Origin: an uncultured Planctomycetaceae bacterium
Lineage (GTDB): Bacteria > Planctomycetota > Planctomycetia > Pirellulales > Thermoguttaceae
DNA: 64,000 bases
NCBI GenBank assembly: GCA_964472545.1
Contig: CAYYNP010000011.1
Span: 1-64,000 of the forward strand
Direction: 5' to 3'
Shown here: positions 37,182 through 48,443 of the stretch, one piece after another
Position numbering within the stretch: position 1 is the first letter of the stretch
Layout of the letters: each line of letters starts with the position of its first letter
Program-made: the position numbers and the translations under genes
The notes under the pieces: model-generated
Told to the model about the DNA's origin: nothing
Database searches by the model: none
Seen by the model: the letters and a program-made list of their open reading frames with translations, nothing else

Positions 37182-39815
37182 TCAGGATGCCGATCGACGA
37201 CGGCAGCCGAAGGCCAGCGCCAGCACTCCCAGAGCCAGCAGGGCGAGCGTGGAGGGCTCGGGCACCGTTCGCAACAGCAGTGCAGTGTCGGTCCACTCCG
37301 GCTCGAAGTACAATCCGCCGGGCAAGTCCAGCCCGTCGTAGCTGTCGAAATCGCCGGAGCGGGAGCCAAACGTCAGGACCGAGAACTGCTGGTCGAAAGT
37401 GGGCACGAAGCCGTCGAGCAGTCGTACCTCGAGCGTGCCGCCGAAGGCTGCGTTTCCCTCGATATCGAGCACGTCGTAGTTGTCCGGCCCGCCCAATTCG
37501 ATCTCGATGGCTCCCGAGCGCATCGTCAGCGTGCCGTCGACCAGCGTCGTGCCCAGGGGATTGCCCGGCGCGATCGTGCCTCCGTTGTCGACCACGTCGA
37601 AGTCAAACTCCTCCGCGCTGATTCGGCCACCTTGGAAGTCCAACACACCGCCGTCGCTTCGAGACAGTCTCTTTGCCGTGATCGTTCCATCCAGCAAGTG
37701 GAGCGTTCCCTGCGATGCGATGCCTACGTTCCAGGCCGCCTCCAAAGTGCCTCCCCCGGAGATCGTCAGCGTGCCTTTCCCCCTCGAGCCGACGTTGAAG
37801 TTACCGCTGCTTACCCAGGTCGATCCCGGGCCGTCGATGGTCACGCTCCCCACGGAATCCGTCTGATCGCCGACGATCACCTTACCGGTGGCGACCGTCG
37901 CGCCGTCGAGCAGGAACAGTTCTCCGTCATCCCATAGGCCGACTTTGAGTGAGTCGTGGATTTCGAGGCGGGAGTCGGCCCCCGTAACGCGGACCTCGGC
38001 CGGTGGATGGGGCCGCGTGTTATCGATGTGGGCGCGATCGGCCACCACGCGTGCCCCGTTCTGAACGGTCAATAGCCCCGTGCTGCCGCTGCCGACACTG
38101 AGCGACTCGGTGCTCTTCCAGAGCGTTCCGGGACCGTCCACGACGGCCGTCGTCCCATACCAAATGCCGCCGTAATCGTCCAACAGCATACTGCCGCCGT
38201 CGATCCTCAGGTTACTGTGTTGCACCAGGAAGTTGTCGCCCACGATCATCTTCAAGCCGCGGATCGTCAGGTCACTGCCGACGTCGCCCCGATAATCCGA
38301 CCAGTAGATCGCGTCGGGCGTGGAAGCCGTGAACGTCACGGCCCCGGCCGACACGTTGAACGCCTGGGTCTCGATCATGCGGTCGAAGGTGACCGTATAC
38401 TCCGCGGGCAGATCGAATCGTGCTTCGTCGGTCTCCCCGGGGATTTGGTCGGCGTTCCAGTTGGCCGCTTCGGTAAACGCCCCGCCGGGTGAAGCGGCAC
38501 CGTCACCGTCCCAGGAGATAACGTCCGCCTCGGCCGCCTGCGACAGGAGTGCGGCCAAGACGATGATCGGCAGGCAGGCTCGTCGGCACACGGATCGGGC
38601 GCGCCGAGGCCGCAGCCGAAACGCCAACGCCGTCGCGCCGAGTATCAGCAACGCGACGGTCGAAGGTTCGGGAATGGGAGTCGCCAAGACGATTCCCATT
38701 TGGTCGCCAAAGCGTCCGGTAAACACCACCTGTCCCCGGTTGTTGATGTCCGGCGGCCGGCCCGTATGTTTGAGGACGAAGTCGGTCAGGGTCCTACCGT
38801 CGATGGTGTCGCCAACCTCTGCGATCAGGTGGTGTTGCGAGAAGAGGCCTTTGCCGTCGCTGAAATCGTCCAAGCGAACGAACTCCGAGAAATAGACGAT
38901 TTCACCAGCGTCATTCTGGCTGGCTCCCCCGTGAATGTCCGTGATGATCCGTCCGTCGATTAGGTCGCCGTCGTCGACCAGCAGTTTGTTGAAGTTGAAG
39001 ATCCGGTGCGGATTCAACGTGGCGAAGACGACGTCGCCGTGGTTGTTGATCGCCGGAGGCGTACTCGAATCGAGGTCGTAGATGGTGACCCCGTCGATCA
39101 CTTCGTTGCGGTCGAGCAAGACCTCGGTCGGCGAGAAGAGGGCCATGAAATTGGAGGAGGTAGGATGCCATCTGGCGACGAAGGCGGTTTCGCCGGAGTC
39201 GTTGATCGTGGGCGGTGCGCCGAGCGACCTGATCGACTTGCCGTCGACCTCGTCGCCCTTCTTGACGAGCAGTCTATCTTGAGTGAAGAAGCCCCAGTCC
39301 TCGCTCTCGCCGGGCAAGAACCTCGCTTGGAACGCGACCTGTCCGGACGCGTTCATGGAGAAACCGCCCCACAGGCGGTCCAGCGTCTTGCCGTCGATAA
39401 CGCTGCCCGGCCCAGCAACAAGACCGGATGGCGTGTAGATACCGTAGTCGGGATCTCCCTCCAGTAAGCCCATGAAGGCGACGTCTCCGGCGTTGTTCAA
39501 TTCGATCTGATACTGCATCGAATCCAGTGTCCCACCGCCGAGCGTTTGCCCAGTTTCCACGACGATTCCGTCGTCCGTGAGGATGAACCAACTCGCTTCT
39601 CCTGAACTGCCCTCATCTGAACTGCCCTTGACGGCAACTTCTCCGAGGTCGTTGATGGCCGGGCCACGCCCCACGCCCGTTAGCGTTCGGCCGTGGACCG
39701 TATCGCCCGGGAAGTAGAGCAGTTCCAGCTTGTACGCCAACGACTCGGCGTTTGCCCAATGTCCGGTGGAACCCAACGCAACAGCGATTGTGATCAGAAT
39801 GATGGGTCGCAGCAT
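37182..39815 (-). CDS. In-frame fusion of two PEP-CTERM proteins: an N-terminal repeat protein ending in PEP-CTERM, then a signal-peptide-like segment, then an autotransporter-associated beta-strand-repeat protein ending in a second PEP-CTERM.
   Basis: Single 888-aa ORF. First signal peptide MLRPIILITIAVALGSTGHWANA. Internal ATPIPEPSTVALLILGATALAFRLRPRRARS is followed directly by VCRRACLPIIVLAALLSQAAEA. Second-half repeats GKGTLTISGGGTLEAAWNVG. C-terminal TVPEPSTLALLALGVLALAFGCRRRSAS. Confidence 0.6.
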   Translation of the reverse strand: MLRPIILITIAVALGSTGHWANAESLAYKLELLYFPGDTVHGRTLTGVGRGPAINDLGEVAVKGSSDEGSSGEASWFILTDDGIVVETGQTLGGGTLDSMQYQIELNNAGDVAFMGLLEGDPDYGIYTPSGLVAGPGSVIDGKTLDRLWGGFSMNASGQVAFQARFLPGESEDWGFFTQDRLLVKKGDEVDGKSIRSLGAPPTINDSGETAFVARWHPTSSNFMALFSPTEVLLDRNEVIDGVTIYDLDSSTPPAINNHGDVVFATLNPHRIFNFNKLLVDDGDLIDGRIITDIHGGASQNDAGEIVYFSEFVRLDDFSDGKGLFSQHHLIAEVGDTIDGRTLTDFVLKHTGRPPDINNRGQVVFTGRFGDQMGIVLATPIPEPSTVALLILGATALAFRLRPRRARSVCRRACLPIIVLAALLSQAAEADVISWDGDGAASPGGAFTEAANWNADQIPGETDEARFDLPAEYTVTFDRMIETQAFNVSAGAVTFTASTPDAIYWSDYRGDVGSDLTIRGLKMIVGDNFLVQHSNLRIDGGSMLLDDYGGIWYGTTAVVDGPGTLWKSTESLSVGSGSTGLLTVQNGARVVADRAHIDNTRPHPPAEVRVTGADSRLEIHDSLKVGLWDDGELFLLDGATVATGKVIVGDQTDSVGSVTIDGPGSTWVSSGNFNVGSRGKGTLTISGGGTLEAAWNVGIASQGTLHLLDGTITAKRLSRSDGGVLDFQGGRISAEEFDFDVVDNGGTIAPGNPLGTTLVDGTLTMRSGAIEIELGGPDNYDVLDIEGNAAFGGTLEVRLLDGFVPTFDQQFSVLTFGSRSGDFDSYDGLDLPGGLYFEPEWTDTALLLRTVPEPSTLALLALGVLALAFGCRRRSAS

Positions 39816-40234
39816 GACTTGCCTCGTGTCTGATTGTCCAATGCCCAAACGGTCGTTGCATGAAGAGATCGTTCAAACGCCGGCGACAGGGCGATTCGCA
39901 AATGAAAATCGACGCGCAGCCGTCCCCCCGCCGGCAAGACCAAAGGAAGACCGCGTCTGGTGACCAAGCGGCCGAAAGAAGGCGGGCCAAGCGAGAGAAA
40001 TCCACCGTGCTTGGATGGTAACTCAGATTGGCCGCCGCGCTGCCTCGGGCGATGTAACCCTTAGAATCACACGTTCATCGCCACTAAGTGTACTAGGATC
40101 GCCCCATGAATGTCAAATTCTGCCTCGAATTCTCCGAGATCGTGGGCGATGCGACAAGAAACGCACGCAGCGCTCCCGTTGGGAATCATCCCCAACGGGT
40201 AGCGCGGCATGTCTCGCGGGCCGGGGCGGGTCGC

Positions 40235-40750
40235 TCAGACGCTGCCCATGGCCGAGGCAATCGCGGCCGTCTCTTCATGGCCGAAGATCTTGTCGACGTC
40301 CAAGAGGATCAGCAGCCGGTCGTCGAGCTTGACCAGGCCGGTGAGGTACTCGTGGCCGAGGCCCGTAACGGTCGGCGGCGGCGGGGCGATCTGGTCTTGC
40401 GAGATACGCAGCACCTCGCTGACCGCGTCAACGATGATCCCGATCGTCTTGTTCGCCACGTTGAGCACCATGATCCGGCTCTCGTCGGTCAGGTCCCGCT
40501 CGGGCAGGTCGAAGCGGATCCGCAGATCGATCACCGGGATGACCGTGCTGCGAAGGTTGATCAGTCCTTTCACGAAGGCCGGCGTCTGGGGGATCTGGGT
40601 GATCTCACCCATCAGGATGATCTCCCGGATCTTGGTGATCTCCATGCCGTATTCTTCCTCGCCAAGGCGGAAGCTGACCAGTTGCATGGTCCCGGTGGCT
40701 TCGGCGAGCGTACTTTCCTGGACGGTGGTTTCTTCGGTCGCGGTAGACAT
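40235..40750 (-). CDS. cheW: Chemotaxis coupling protein CheW.
   Basis: 171 aa. CheW domain blocks QLVSFRLGEEEYGMEITKIREI, PQTPAFVKGLINLRSTVIPVIDLR, KTIGIIVDAVSEVL and LLILLDVDKIF. Confidence 0.85.
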   Translation of the reverse strand: MSTATEETTVQESTLAEATGTMQLVSFRLGEEEYGMEITKIREIILMGEITQIPQTPAFVKGLINLRSTVIPVIDLRIRFDLPERDLTDESRIMVLNVANKTIGIIVDAVSEVLRISQDQIAPPPPTVTGLGHEYLTGLVKLDDRLLILLDVDKIFGHEETAAIASAMGSV

Positions 40751-41099
40751 CGAGTGCCTCCTAAATCTATCTCTCGTAGAAGTGATCCGATCGGTTATGC
40801 ACGATTACGGTATATTAAGCCCTCGCGGCCGGCGGCGAACCCGCCGGATGCACGTGGCGCGGTCCGCACGCGGCGGCGGGGCTTAGGTTCGACAGTCACG
40901 CATGCCCCACGGAGTAGCCGCCTTCCACGGCCTCGCCAGTAGTCACCACATCTAGATAGGTCGCCGAAGGGCCAACGCAAGGGAAAACCTCGGTGATGTG
41001 GAAGACCAACTCCATTGGCATCGTGGGACCTGCTCGTTCTCATAATCGTGGCGACCAATTCCGTCACAGTGGGGGGCACGCCAACGCGCCCGCCGTCGG

Positions 41100-43607
41100 C
41101 TATCCTACGGCTACCGTGTTGTCGGTCTTGAACCGGGCGACCAGATCGCGCAGCGCGGTGGCCTGGGCGCCGAGTTCTTCGCTGCTGGAGGCCATCTCCT
41201 CGCTGCCGGCGGTCGATTGCTCGGTGACGTCGGCAATGCCCTGCATCGCCTCGCCGACCTGTTGGGCGTTGGAGGCCTGCTCGACCGTTGCCGTGGCGAT
41301 TTCGGAGATCTTCGTGACGGTCTCCTCGACCCCGGTGATGATCTCCTTCAGCGCGTTGCCGGTCTCGTCGCTCAGTTGGGCCCCTTCCTGCACGCGGTTG
41401 CTCGATTCCTTGATCAACGAGGTGATTTCGCCGGCCGCCTGGTTCGACCGTTCGGCCAGCTTGCGGACCTCGTCGGCCACGACGGCGAATCCCATGCCGT
41501 GTTCGCCGGCCCGGGCGGCTTCGATGGCGGCGTTCAGCGCGAGCAGATTCGTCTGACTGGCGATCTCGGAGATCACCTGGATGATCTCGGCGATCTGGTC
41601 GGAACTGGTACGGATCAGCTCCATGGCCTCGATCGACTTCTGCACCGCCTGACCGCCCCGTTCGGCCAGTTGGTTGGTCTTCTTGGCCACGGAGTCGGCC
41701 TCGTAGGAGTTGCTCTTCACGCCGTCGATCGACGCGGTCAACTCCTCGACCGACGCACTGACTTCCTCGACGGTCGAACTCTGGGTTTGCGCACCGGAGG
41801 CCAACGACTGGGAACTCTCGGCGATAACGCGCGAGCCCTCGGTGAACTGAGCGGCGCTTTCGGTGACCTGTCCGATGATGTTGGAGAGGTCTCCGAGCAT
41901 CCGCTTGATGCCGGCGGCCAACTCGTCGATGGCTTCCTCGCCTTCGACCGTCACCTGCCGGGTCAGGTCGCCTTCGGCCGCCGCGTTGACGACCTCCAGC
42001 AACTTGTCGACCTTGCCGCGGAGGATTTCCGCCTTGCGCTGCTCTTCTTCGGCCGCCAGGCGTTCCCGCTCGGCCTCCTCTTCCCGACGCTTCCGTTCGG
42101 CCTCGGCCGCCTCGCGTTCTCGGGCCGCCTCCTCGTCCTTGCGCCTCTGTTCGGTCTCGGCCTGCTGCCGTTCGGCCTTGGCCCGTTCCTCCTGGGCCTG
42201 CTTCTCGCGTTCGGCCGTGTCTTCGACGTCCCGAATCGTCTTTTGCAGGCTGTCGGCCATGTCGTTGACGGCGCGGGCCAGTTCGCCCACTTCGTCCCGT
42301 TGGTCGATTTCCGCCCGCTGGTTCAGGTCGCCGGCGGCGATCGCCTTGGCGGCTTCCCCACACTTCTTCAGTGGCCCGGTAATCGATCGCGGCAATACGA
42401 GGATGAACACTACCGCGACGACCAGCGCCGCAATTTCCACAAACACGGTGATGCCGGTCCAACGATTGGCCGTCTCGCTGGTGGTCTGCGAGTTTGCCGT
42501 GCTGTCGGACGTCGCTTGCCGGCGGATCTGCTCGACAATCGGCTCGATCTCGTGCACGGCGCCGCGGAGCGTCGCCGTGAGCGCAGCGATCTGGGCGTCC
42601 TTGGCCACCAGCGCGTCGAACGCCTCTCTGTAGGCCGTGATTTGTGGGGTCACTACCTCGACGTGTTCATCGGAAACGCCGGCGGCCTTGAAGGCCTCGA
42701 TCAGTTCGGCCGCGGTCCGGCGCGTCGCCTCGACGTATTTCTCGCTCCCCCGAAGCAGATAGTCCTTCTCGTGCTTGCGGATCGTCAGCAGAAGTGCTTC
42801 AACTCCGGCGACGTTCACCGAGGCGAGCGCACCCTCCATGTCGTGGGCATGGGCGCGCATCTGCTCGTAGATCGTGCCCAGAACGTCCTCCGGATTGTCC
42901 GGATTCACGAACGCGACGGCCGCCTTGGCGTAGGCTTCCAACGCCTTCTCTTGAGCCGCCTTGGCCGTGGCGTTGCAGGTCGTCTGTGCCAGCAGCGAGC
43001 GGTAGTTCTCGATGGCGTCCGTGAACTTCTTCCTATACTTGTCCGACTTGGTACGCGAATAGTCCTTCTCATAGCGGCGGAGTTCCAACAGAGCAATCCG
43101 CAGGTCGTTGACTTCGTACTCCGGCATGGCTTCGGCGAGAGTATGGGCCGCGGCGCGGAACTGGCTCTGCAATCCCGACTCGTGATCCAGCCCCTTGTCC
43201 TGCCACGCAACGACGAGTGCTTCGAACGCGTCTCGATACTCGCCCGCCAGGCGGACGATCTCTTCGGCCTGCCGGCGATTCTCTTCGTTGCCATCGGCTT
43301 CGGCCAATCCGGCAAGGGCGAGGGCGTCGTCGGTCAGCGCGGTGCAGTTTGAGTTGAGCGACTGAAGATACTTGACGTCGCGACGCAGCAAGAAGTCCTT
43401 TTCGTTTCTGCGGCACTGGAGCATTGAGGATTCGATCTTGCCGGCATGAGTCGCGACGGCCACGTCGTTATCGAGCAGTTCGTTGAACGATACCGTAGTG
43501 GACTGCAGCGACCAGAGGGCCAGCGCTCCGGCACCAGCCAACAAAACAGCGACGAATCCGAAACAGACGCCCAACTTCTTCCCAAGCTTCACGTTCTTCC
43601 AGGACAT
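41100..43607 (-). CDS. Methyl-accepting chemotaxis protein with a periplasmic/4HB-type N-domain, HAMP, a KE-rich coiled-coil insert and an MCP signalling domain.
   Basis: From the ATG at 43607 ([31 protein letters not shown]). [30 protein letters not shown]. Charged repeat [31 protein letters not shown]. Highly conserved MCP core [37 protein letters not shown]. Confidence 0.85.
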   Translation of the reverse strand: MSWKNVKLGKKLGVCFGFVAVLLAGAGALALWSLQSTTVSFNELLDNDVAVATHAGKIESSMLQCRRNEKDFLLRRDVKYLQSLNSNCTALTDDALALAGLAEADGNEENRRQAEEIVRLAGEYRDAFEALVVAWQDKGLDHESGLQSQFRAAAHTLAEAMPEYEVNDLRIALLELRRYEKDYSRTKSDKYRKKFTDAIENYRSLLAQTTCNATAKAAQEKALEAYAKAAVAFVNPDNPEDVLGTIYEQMRAHAHDMEGALASVNVAGVEALLLTIRKHEKDYLLRGSEKYVEATRRTAAELIEAFKAAGVSDEHVEVVTPQITAYREAFDALVAKDAQIAALTATLRGAVHEIEPIVEQIRRQATSDSTANSQTTSETANRWTGITVFVEIAALVVAVVFILVLPRSITGPLKKCGEAAKAIAAGDLNQRAEIDQRDEVGELARAVNDMADSLQKTIRDVEDTAEREKQAQEERAKAERQQAETEQRRKDEEAAREREAAEAERKRREEEAERERLAAEEEQRKAEILRGKVDKLLEVVNAAAEGDLTRQVTVEGEEAIDELAAGIKRMLGDLSNIIGQVTESAAQFTEGSRVIAESSQSLASGAQTQSSTVEEVSASVEELTASIDGVKSNSYEADSVAKKTNQLAERGGQAVQKSIEAMELIRTSSDQIAEIIQVISEIASQTNLLALNAAIEAARAGEHGMGFAVVADEVRKLAERSNQAAGEITSLIKESSNRVQEGAQLSDETGNALKEIITGVEETVTKISEIATATVEQASNAQQVGEAMQGIADVTEQSTAGSEEMASSSEELGAQATALRDLVARFKTDNTVAVG

Positions 43608-43970
43608 GACAGGACCTTCCTCCCGATTCGAGTGTTGTGAATCCACTTTGCCGCAGACCAGGCACCTCTGCCGAGGGCTATCGGCAGTGTGATCGGTCGG
43701 CTCCCCACGGTCTTTCCGGTAGTCTCCACAGGTAGATAGGTTGTCGCAGGTACGCCACAAAAGAAAAATGGGGATTTCTGAACGATCTGGCCGGTGGCCG
43801 GCCCCAATACCTGTCCATCGTACTAATCATAACGACAACGGTCGTCTATCGGGGGGGCCCGTTGGATGTCGGCGTTATACGGTGTCGGGAGATTGACGCG
43901 CTTGTCAGGGACGGCTAGACTCGCCCGGGCCGATTTCGCCGGCCCTGCCACACTTAAGAAGGAGAGGCCC

Positions 43971-45332
43971 ATGCACAATACGACGGCGCCGATGTCTATC
44001 CGATGCGTTCTAACGTGGTTATCCGTATTGGTGGTTGCTCTGCCGTTAGCAGCCCGCAGCGTATCGGCTCAGGAACAGGCAGACGCAGTGCCGTTCGACT
44101 TCGCTGCGGCCTCGCGCGACGTGCCCAAGCCTCGCGAGATCTGGCCGCACGTAGCCAAACACCTCATTCCCGCCGAGTTCAGAATCCTCTCCGACGAGAT
44201 CGTCACCAGCGACACCGACCCCACCAAGAAGCTCCGCCGGGTCGAGACCCATTTCTACAGCCAGGAATTGGCCGGCAAGAAATGGGGCCACCCGTGCGTG
44301 ATCTTCCTGCCGGAAGACAACCGGGCGAACCTCACGCCCGAGCGTAAGGGCAAGGTGGTGATCGTCGGCACGCCGCCGCGCGACTACTTCTCCGTACACG
44401 TCGACAAGTACGGCGAGCCGATCGCCACGCGGACCGGCTATCCGACGATGGTGCTCTCGAACCCCGGCCGATACCCCGACGGCACCGACATCGAACGCGA
44501 CATCGGCATCCTCAATACGCTACGTCGAGAAACCGGCAAGAACTACTACAACATGAACTGCCAGTTGGCCGTGGTCTACATCCGGGCGCTCGACGTCTTC
44601 CAGGAATTTCTCGGACTGGACAATCTGCACGCGGTCGTCGGCGGACACTCCAAGCGGGGACGCAGCGCGACGGTGGCCGCCGCGATCGATCCCCGCGTGG
44701 CCTCGGTGATCGTGATGGGCAACGAGGGGATCTACGCCACCGACCGCATCCAATGGCACCTCTCGTTCCACCACGCCTTCTTTCAGGAACAAGTCAACGT
44801 GCCGGTCTTCTATCTGGGCGCCACCAACGAAGACGGCTACACGATGTTCAACGTCAACGTCATGCAAGAGCGTCTGAAGCGGCCGATGACCGTCGAGTTG
44901 ATCCCCAACTACTGCCACTCCAACTTCAGCGAGATCCAATACACGGATTTCATGATGTGGGTGGCCCACGTTTTCGACGGCCGGCCGCTGACGCAAATCA
45001 CCGAGGTCGAACACCGCCGCGAGAACAACCGCAGCGTGTTTCGGGCGAAGATCGACGGCGACGCCAAAGTCCAATCCGTCAAAGCCTGGTACGTCTACAG
45101 CGACGACGACGCCTGGCGCGACCTGATGTGGTATCACCTGCTGATGCGCCGCAACGGCGACCACTACGAGGCGGTGCTCTACGGCAAGACGCCCGACGCC
45201 TTCATGGTCGAGGTGGGCGATATCGCGCAGGGTTTCCCCGGCTACGTTTCCAGCCTGCCGCAGAAGCTCACCGACGCCCCGTTGATCGAGCGCCGCTCGC
45301 GGGGGTCGCGTCCGCGGTTGTGGGAGCCGTAG
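43971..45332 (+). CDS. Secreted hypothetical protein, possibly alpha/beta-hydrolase-like.
   Basis: Signal peptide MHNTTAPMSIRCVLTWLSVLVVALPLAARSVSA. AVVGGHSKRGRSA resembles a nucleophile-elbow region but is not a canonical GxSxG. Followed by the inverted repeat gcgtgggcatg..catgcccacgc at 45383..45435. Confidence 0.5.
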   Translation: MHNTTAPMSIRCVLTWLSVLVVALPLAARSVSAQEQADAVPFDFAAASRDVPKPREIWPHVAKHLIPAEFRILSDEIVTSDTDPTKKLRRVETHFYSQELAGKKWGHPCVIFLPEDNRANLTPERKGKVVIVGTPPRDYFSVHVDKYGEPIATRTGYPTMVLSNPGRYPDGTDIERDIGILNTLRRETGKNYYNMNCQLAVVYIRALDVFQEFLGLDNLHAVVGGHSKRGRSATVAAAIDPRVASVIVMGNEGIYATDRIQWHLSFHHAFFQEQVNVPVFYLGATNEDGYTMFNVNVMQERLKRPMTVELIPNYCHSNFSEIQYTDFMMWVAHVFDGRPLTQITEVEHRRENNRSVFRAKIDGDAKVQSVKAWYVYSDDDAWRDLMWYHLLMRRNGDHYEAVLYGKTPDAFMVEVGDIAQGFPGYVSSLPQKLTDAPLIERRSRGSRPRLWEP

Positions 45333-45875
45333 CGAGCATTGGATTGCGGGTGACATGCCCTCGTTTGCGTGGGCATGATGCCTGAGTTTCCCGGCATGCC
45401 CACGCAAGCGTGGGCATGGCACCCGGGTCGCGACGACGTTAGATGCCCCCGCTAAAGGTGGGCGTGCATGTGAACGCCGCTGAACTCGCAGGAGTTCAGA
45501 GACCCTCTCCTGCCGGCCTCGGTGCTGAATTCTGGCGAATCCAGCTACCTCCTCCCCGTCGTTACGCAAGACGGCCGAGTCTCCGTATAGCTTAGGCAAG
45601 ACGTGCCGATCAGCCAAGCCCGGGGAAGCATGACGTCTGAGCCGAAGGAATCGAGCCACAACGGTCGATGACGGGATAGACGAACGGCCACCGGCCGACT
45701 AAGCTGGAAGGGTGTTTGGAGTCTGAACATCTCCCGAGGCGTCGGCAACGGCCCCCGCCAGCCCGCTCGTTGACCGAATCGCCTTGGATTACCTTACCGT
45801 TGTCCGGGAAACCCCGTGCCGGTGCCGCGTCGGCGGCCCGGTTCCCGCCCGTTAGCCCGGCAAGCCGGCCGAACT

Positions 45876-48443
45876 ATGAAGCCATCGTTCTTCGCCCGCC
45901 GTAGCTTTACGATCCTGTTGGTCGTGACGTTCTTGCTCTCGTTCATCTGGGCCGGCACGCGCCGTTCGCTGCTGAAGAACCAGAACGACGTGACCAAGTG
46001 GCTGCCGGAAGGCATGCAGGAAACCGAGGACCATCGCTGGTTCCAGAAGCACTTCCCCCACGAGCAATTCGTGCTGATGAGCTGGGAAGGTTGCACGCTG
46101 AACGACAAAGACTCCCGGCTGCAGATGCTCACCAAGAAGCTGATGCCGAAGCCGGGAGAGGTGGCCACCGAGGAGAACCCGCTGTACTTCAAGTCGGTGA
46201 TCACCGGCAGCACGCTGCTGGATGAACTCCTAACCCGCTATCCGGACCTCTCGCGCGACGAGGCCATCAAGCGGCTCAAGGGCTCGCTGATCGGCACCAA
46301 GCTCGGCGACGACGACTACAACACGTGTCTGGTCGTAACGCTCAACGACACCTACCGCGGCAAGGAACTGCAAGCCGTCTTGGAGAAAATCCGCAGCACG
46401 GCCAAGGAGTGCGCCGTCGACGCCGACGAGATCCGCCTCGGCGGGCCGCCGGTCGACAACGCGGCCATCGACTACGAAGGCCAGCGCACGCTGATCCGGT
46501 TGGCCGTGTTGTCGCTGATCGTCGGCCTGGGCATTTCCTGGTTCTGCTTCCGCAGCATCCGCTTGACCTACATCGTCTTCTCCTGCGCGTTGCTTTCCGC
46601 CGGCACGGCGATGGCGATCGTCTATTTCACCGACGGCATCGTCGACGCCATCCTGTTGACGATGCCCTCGCTGGTCTACGTGCTGGCGATCTCGGGCGCG
46701 ATCCATATCGTCAACTACTACCACGACGCCGTCCGCGAGGGTGGACTGCACGCCGCCCCCGACCGCGCGCTGGGCCACGGCTGGAAGCCCTGCACCATCG
46801 CCACGATCACCACGGCCATCGGCCTGGGGTCGTTGTTGGCCAGCGGGCTGGTCCCGATCCGCAACTTCGGGCTCTACTCGGCCCTGGGCGTGTTGGCCAC
46901 GCTGGGGATGATCTTCCTGCTGCTGCCGGCGCTGTTGCACTACTACGGCAAGATGGGCCAGTTGATGCGGGGGTTTGTCGTCCGGGTCGTTCGCGCCCCG
47001 GCACTGATTCGCTACGCCGACGCCCGCGTGGCCGCCACGCCCGGCGCCGGTGGCGGCAACGGCAACGCCGCCAAGGATCTCGGCGACACGATCTTCCTCC
47101 GCTTCTGGCGCCGCATGGGCCACTTCGTCACCCGCCACAACGGCCTGGTTACCGTCGGCTGCCTGCTGATGATGGGCTTCTTCGTCCTGGGCATCACCGG
47201 CTCGAAGCGCTTGGGTATCCCGCAGATTCAGACTTCCGTGAAGCTGATGAAGCTCTTCTCGCCAGAGGCCGAGATCATCGGCCACTACACCTGGCTGGAA
47301 GAGCGCCTCGGGCCGCTGGTGCCGATGGAAGTCGTGGTGCGGGTCGACAACGAGAAGTGCCAACTGAGCATGGTCGACCGCATGCGGCTGACGATGGACG
47401 TGGAGGCTGTGGTCGAGAGCCTCGACGACGTCGGCGGGGCGCTGTCGGCCGCCACCTATGCTCCCCAAGTGCAACGGCGAGGACGCGGCGGCATATTCGG
47501 CCCGTTGGAAGATGCCGAAACCAACAGAATACTGGAAGCGCACCGCCACGAAATGGCCGAGTTCCTAGCCGTAGACAAAGAGGCCAACGAGGAACTCTGG
47601 CGCGTCAGCGCCCGGGTCGAGGCCCTGGGCGACCTCGACTACGGAGAGTTCGTCGACGAGATCAAGGCCAAGGTCGACCCGGTGATCGCGGCCTACAAGG
47701 CACACGGCATCGATGGGATCTCGGTTACCTACACGGGCCTCGTGCCCTTGATCTACAAGGCCCAGCACCAGTTGCTCGCCGGGCTGTTCGATAGCCTGAA
47801 ACTGGCCTTCGTGCTGATCGCCATCGTGATGATCCTGGTGCTGCGCAGCGTTTCGGCGGGCCTGCTGGCGATGATCCCCAACGCCTTTCCCGTGGTGATC
47901 ATCTTCGGCATGATGAGTTGGCTGGGGATCCTGGTCGACGTGGGCTCGATGATGACCGCCAGCGTGGCCCTGGGCGTGGCCGTCGACGACACGATCCACT
48001 ATCTGACCTGGTTCCGCAAGGGGCTGGACGACGGCCTCGACCGCAAGGGGGCCGTGATGTGGGCCTACGAACGCTGCGCCACGGCGATGTCGCAGACCAC
48101 GATCATCGGCGGGCTGGGCCTGGCCATGTTCGCCTTCAGCACGTTCACGCCCACGCAGCGTTTCGGCTACCTGATGCTCACGCTGTTGGCTGCCGCGTTG
48201 GTCGGCGACCTGATCTTCCTGCCGGCGGTCCTCTCCAGCCCCATCGGCCGCTTCTTCCGCACCCGGCGGAAGCCGCCGAAGTCCCGCGATCGGCAAACGC
48301 CGGACGAAACGACGCAGCAAGTGCTCGACGACGCTTTCCAGAGCGAACCGTCGACCGAAACCGACGCCACCGCCCGCCGCGGCACCCCGGTGATCCACGG
48401 CCCCCACCACAGCCCCGCGCGCAGGTCGACGCCAACGCGCTAG
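45876..48443 (+). CDS. MMPL/RND-superfamily membrane transporter (HpnN-like, two SSD-type 6-TM bundles).
   Basis: From the ATG at 45876 (MKPSFFARRSFTILLVVTFLLSFIWAG). Two TM clusters separated by a large periplasmic loop. GLAMFAFSTFTPTQRFGYLMLTLLAAALVGDLIFLPAVL is an RND/MMPL C-terminal signature. Confidence 0.8.
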   Translation: MKPSFFARRSFTILLVVTFLLSFIWAGTRRSLLKNQNDVTKWLPEGMQETEDHRWFQKHFPHEQFVLMSWEGCTLNDKDSRLQMLTKKLMPKPGEVATEENPLYFKSVITGSTLLDELLTRYPDLSRDEAIKRLKGSLIGTKLGDDDYNTCLVVTLNDTYRGKELQAVLEKIRSTAKECAVDADEIRLGGPPVDNAAIDYEGQRTLIRLAVLSLIVGLGISWFCFRSIRLTYIVFSCALLSAGTAMAIVYFTDGIVDAILLTMPSLVYVLAISGAIHIVNYYHDAVREGGLHAAPDRALGHGWKPCTIATITTAIGLGSLLASGLVPIRNFGLYSALGVLATLGMIFLLLPALLHYYGKMGQLMRGFVVRVVRAPALIRYADARVAATPGAGGGNGNAAKDLGDTIFLRFWRRMGHFVTRHNGLVTVGCLLMMGFFVLGITGSKRLGIPQIQTSVKLMKLFSPEAEIIGHYTWLEERLGPLVPMEVVVRVDNEKCQLSMVDRMRLTMDVEAVVESLDDVGGALSAATYAPQVQRRGRGGIFGPLEDAETNRILEAHRHEMAEFLAVDKEANEELWRVSARVEALGDLDYGEFVDEIKAKVDPVIAAYKAHGIDGISVTYTGLVPLIYKAQHQLLAGLFDSLKLAFVLIAIVMILVLRSVSAGLLAMIPNAFPVVIIFGMMSWLGILVDVGSMMTASVALGVAVDDTIHYLTWFRKGLDDGLDRKGAVMWAYERCATAMSQTTIIGGLGLAMFAFSTFTPTQRFGYLMLTLLAAALVGDLIFLPAVLSSPIGRFFRTRRKPPKSRDRQTPDETTQQVLDDAFQSEPSTETDATARRGTPVIHGPHHSPARRSTPTR

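Noticed and set aside
40795-42462. 555-aa minus-strand ORF.
   Set aside because: It overlaps the MCP gene at 41100..43607 in another frame, and its Arg/Gly-rich sequence is a compositional artefact.
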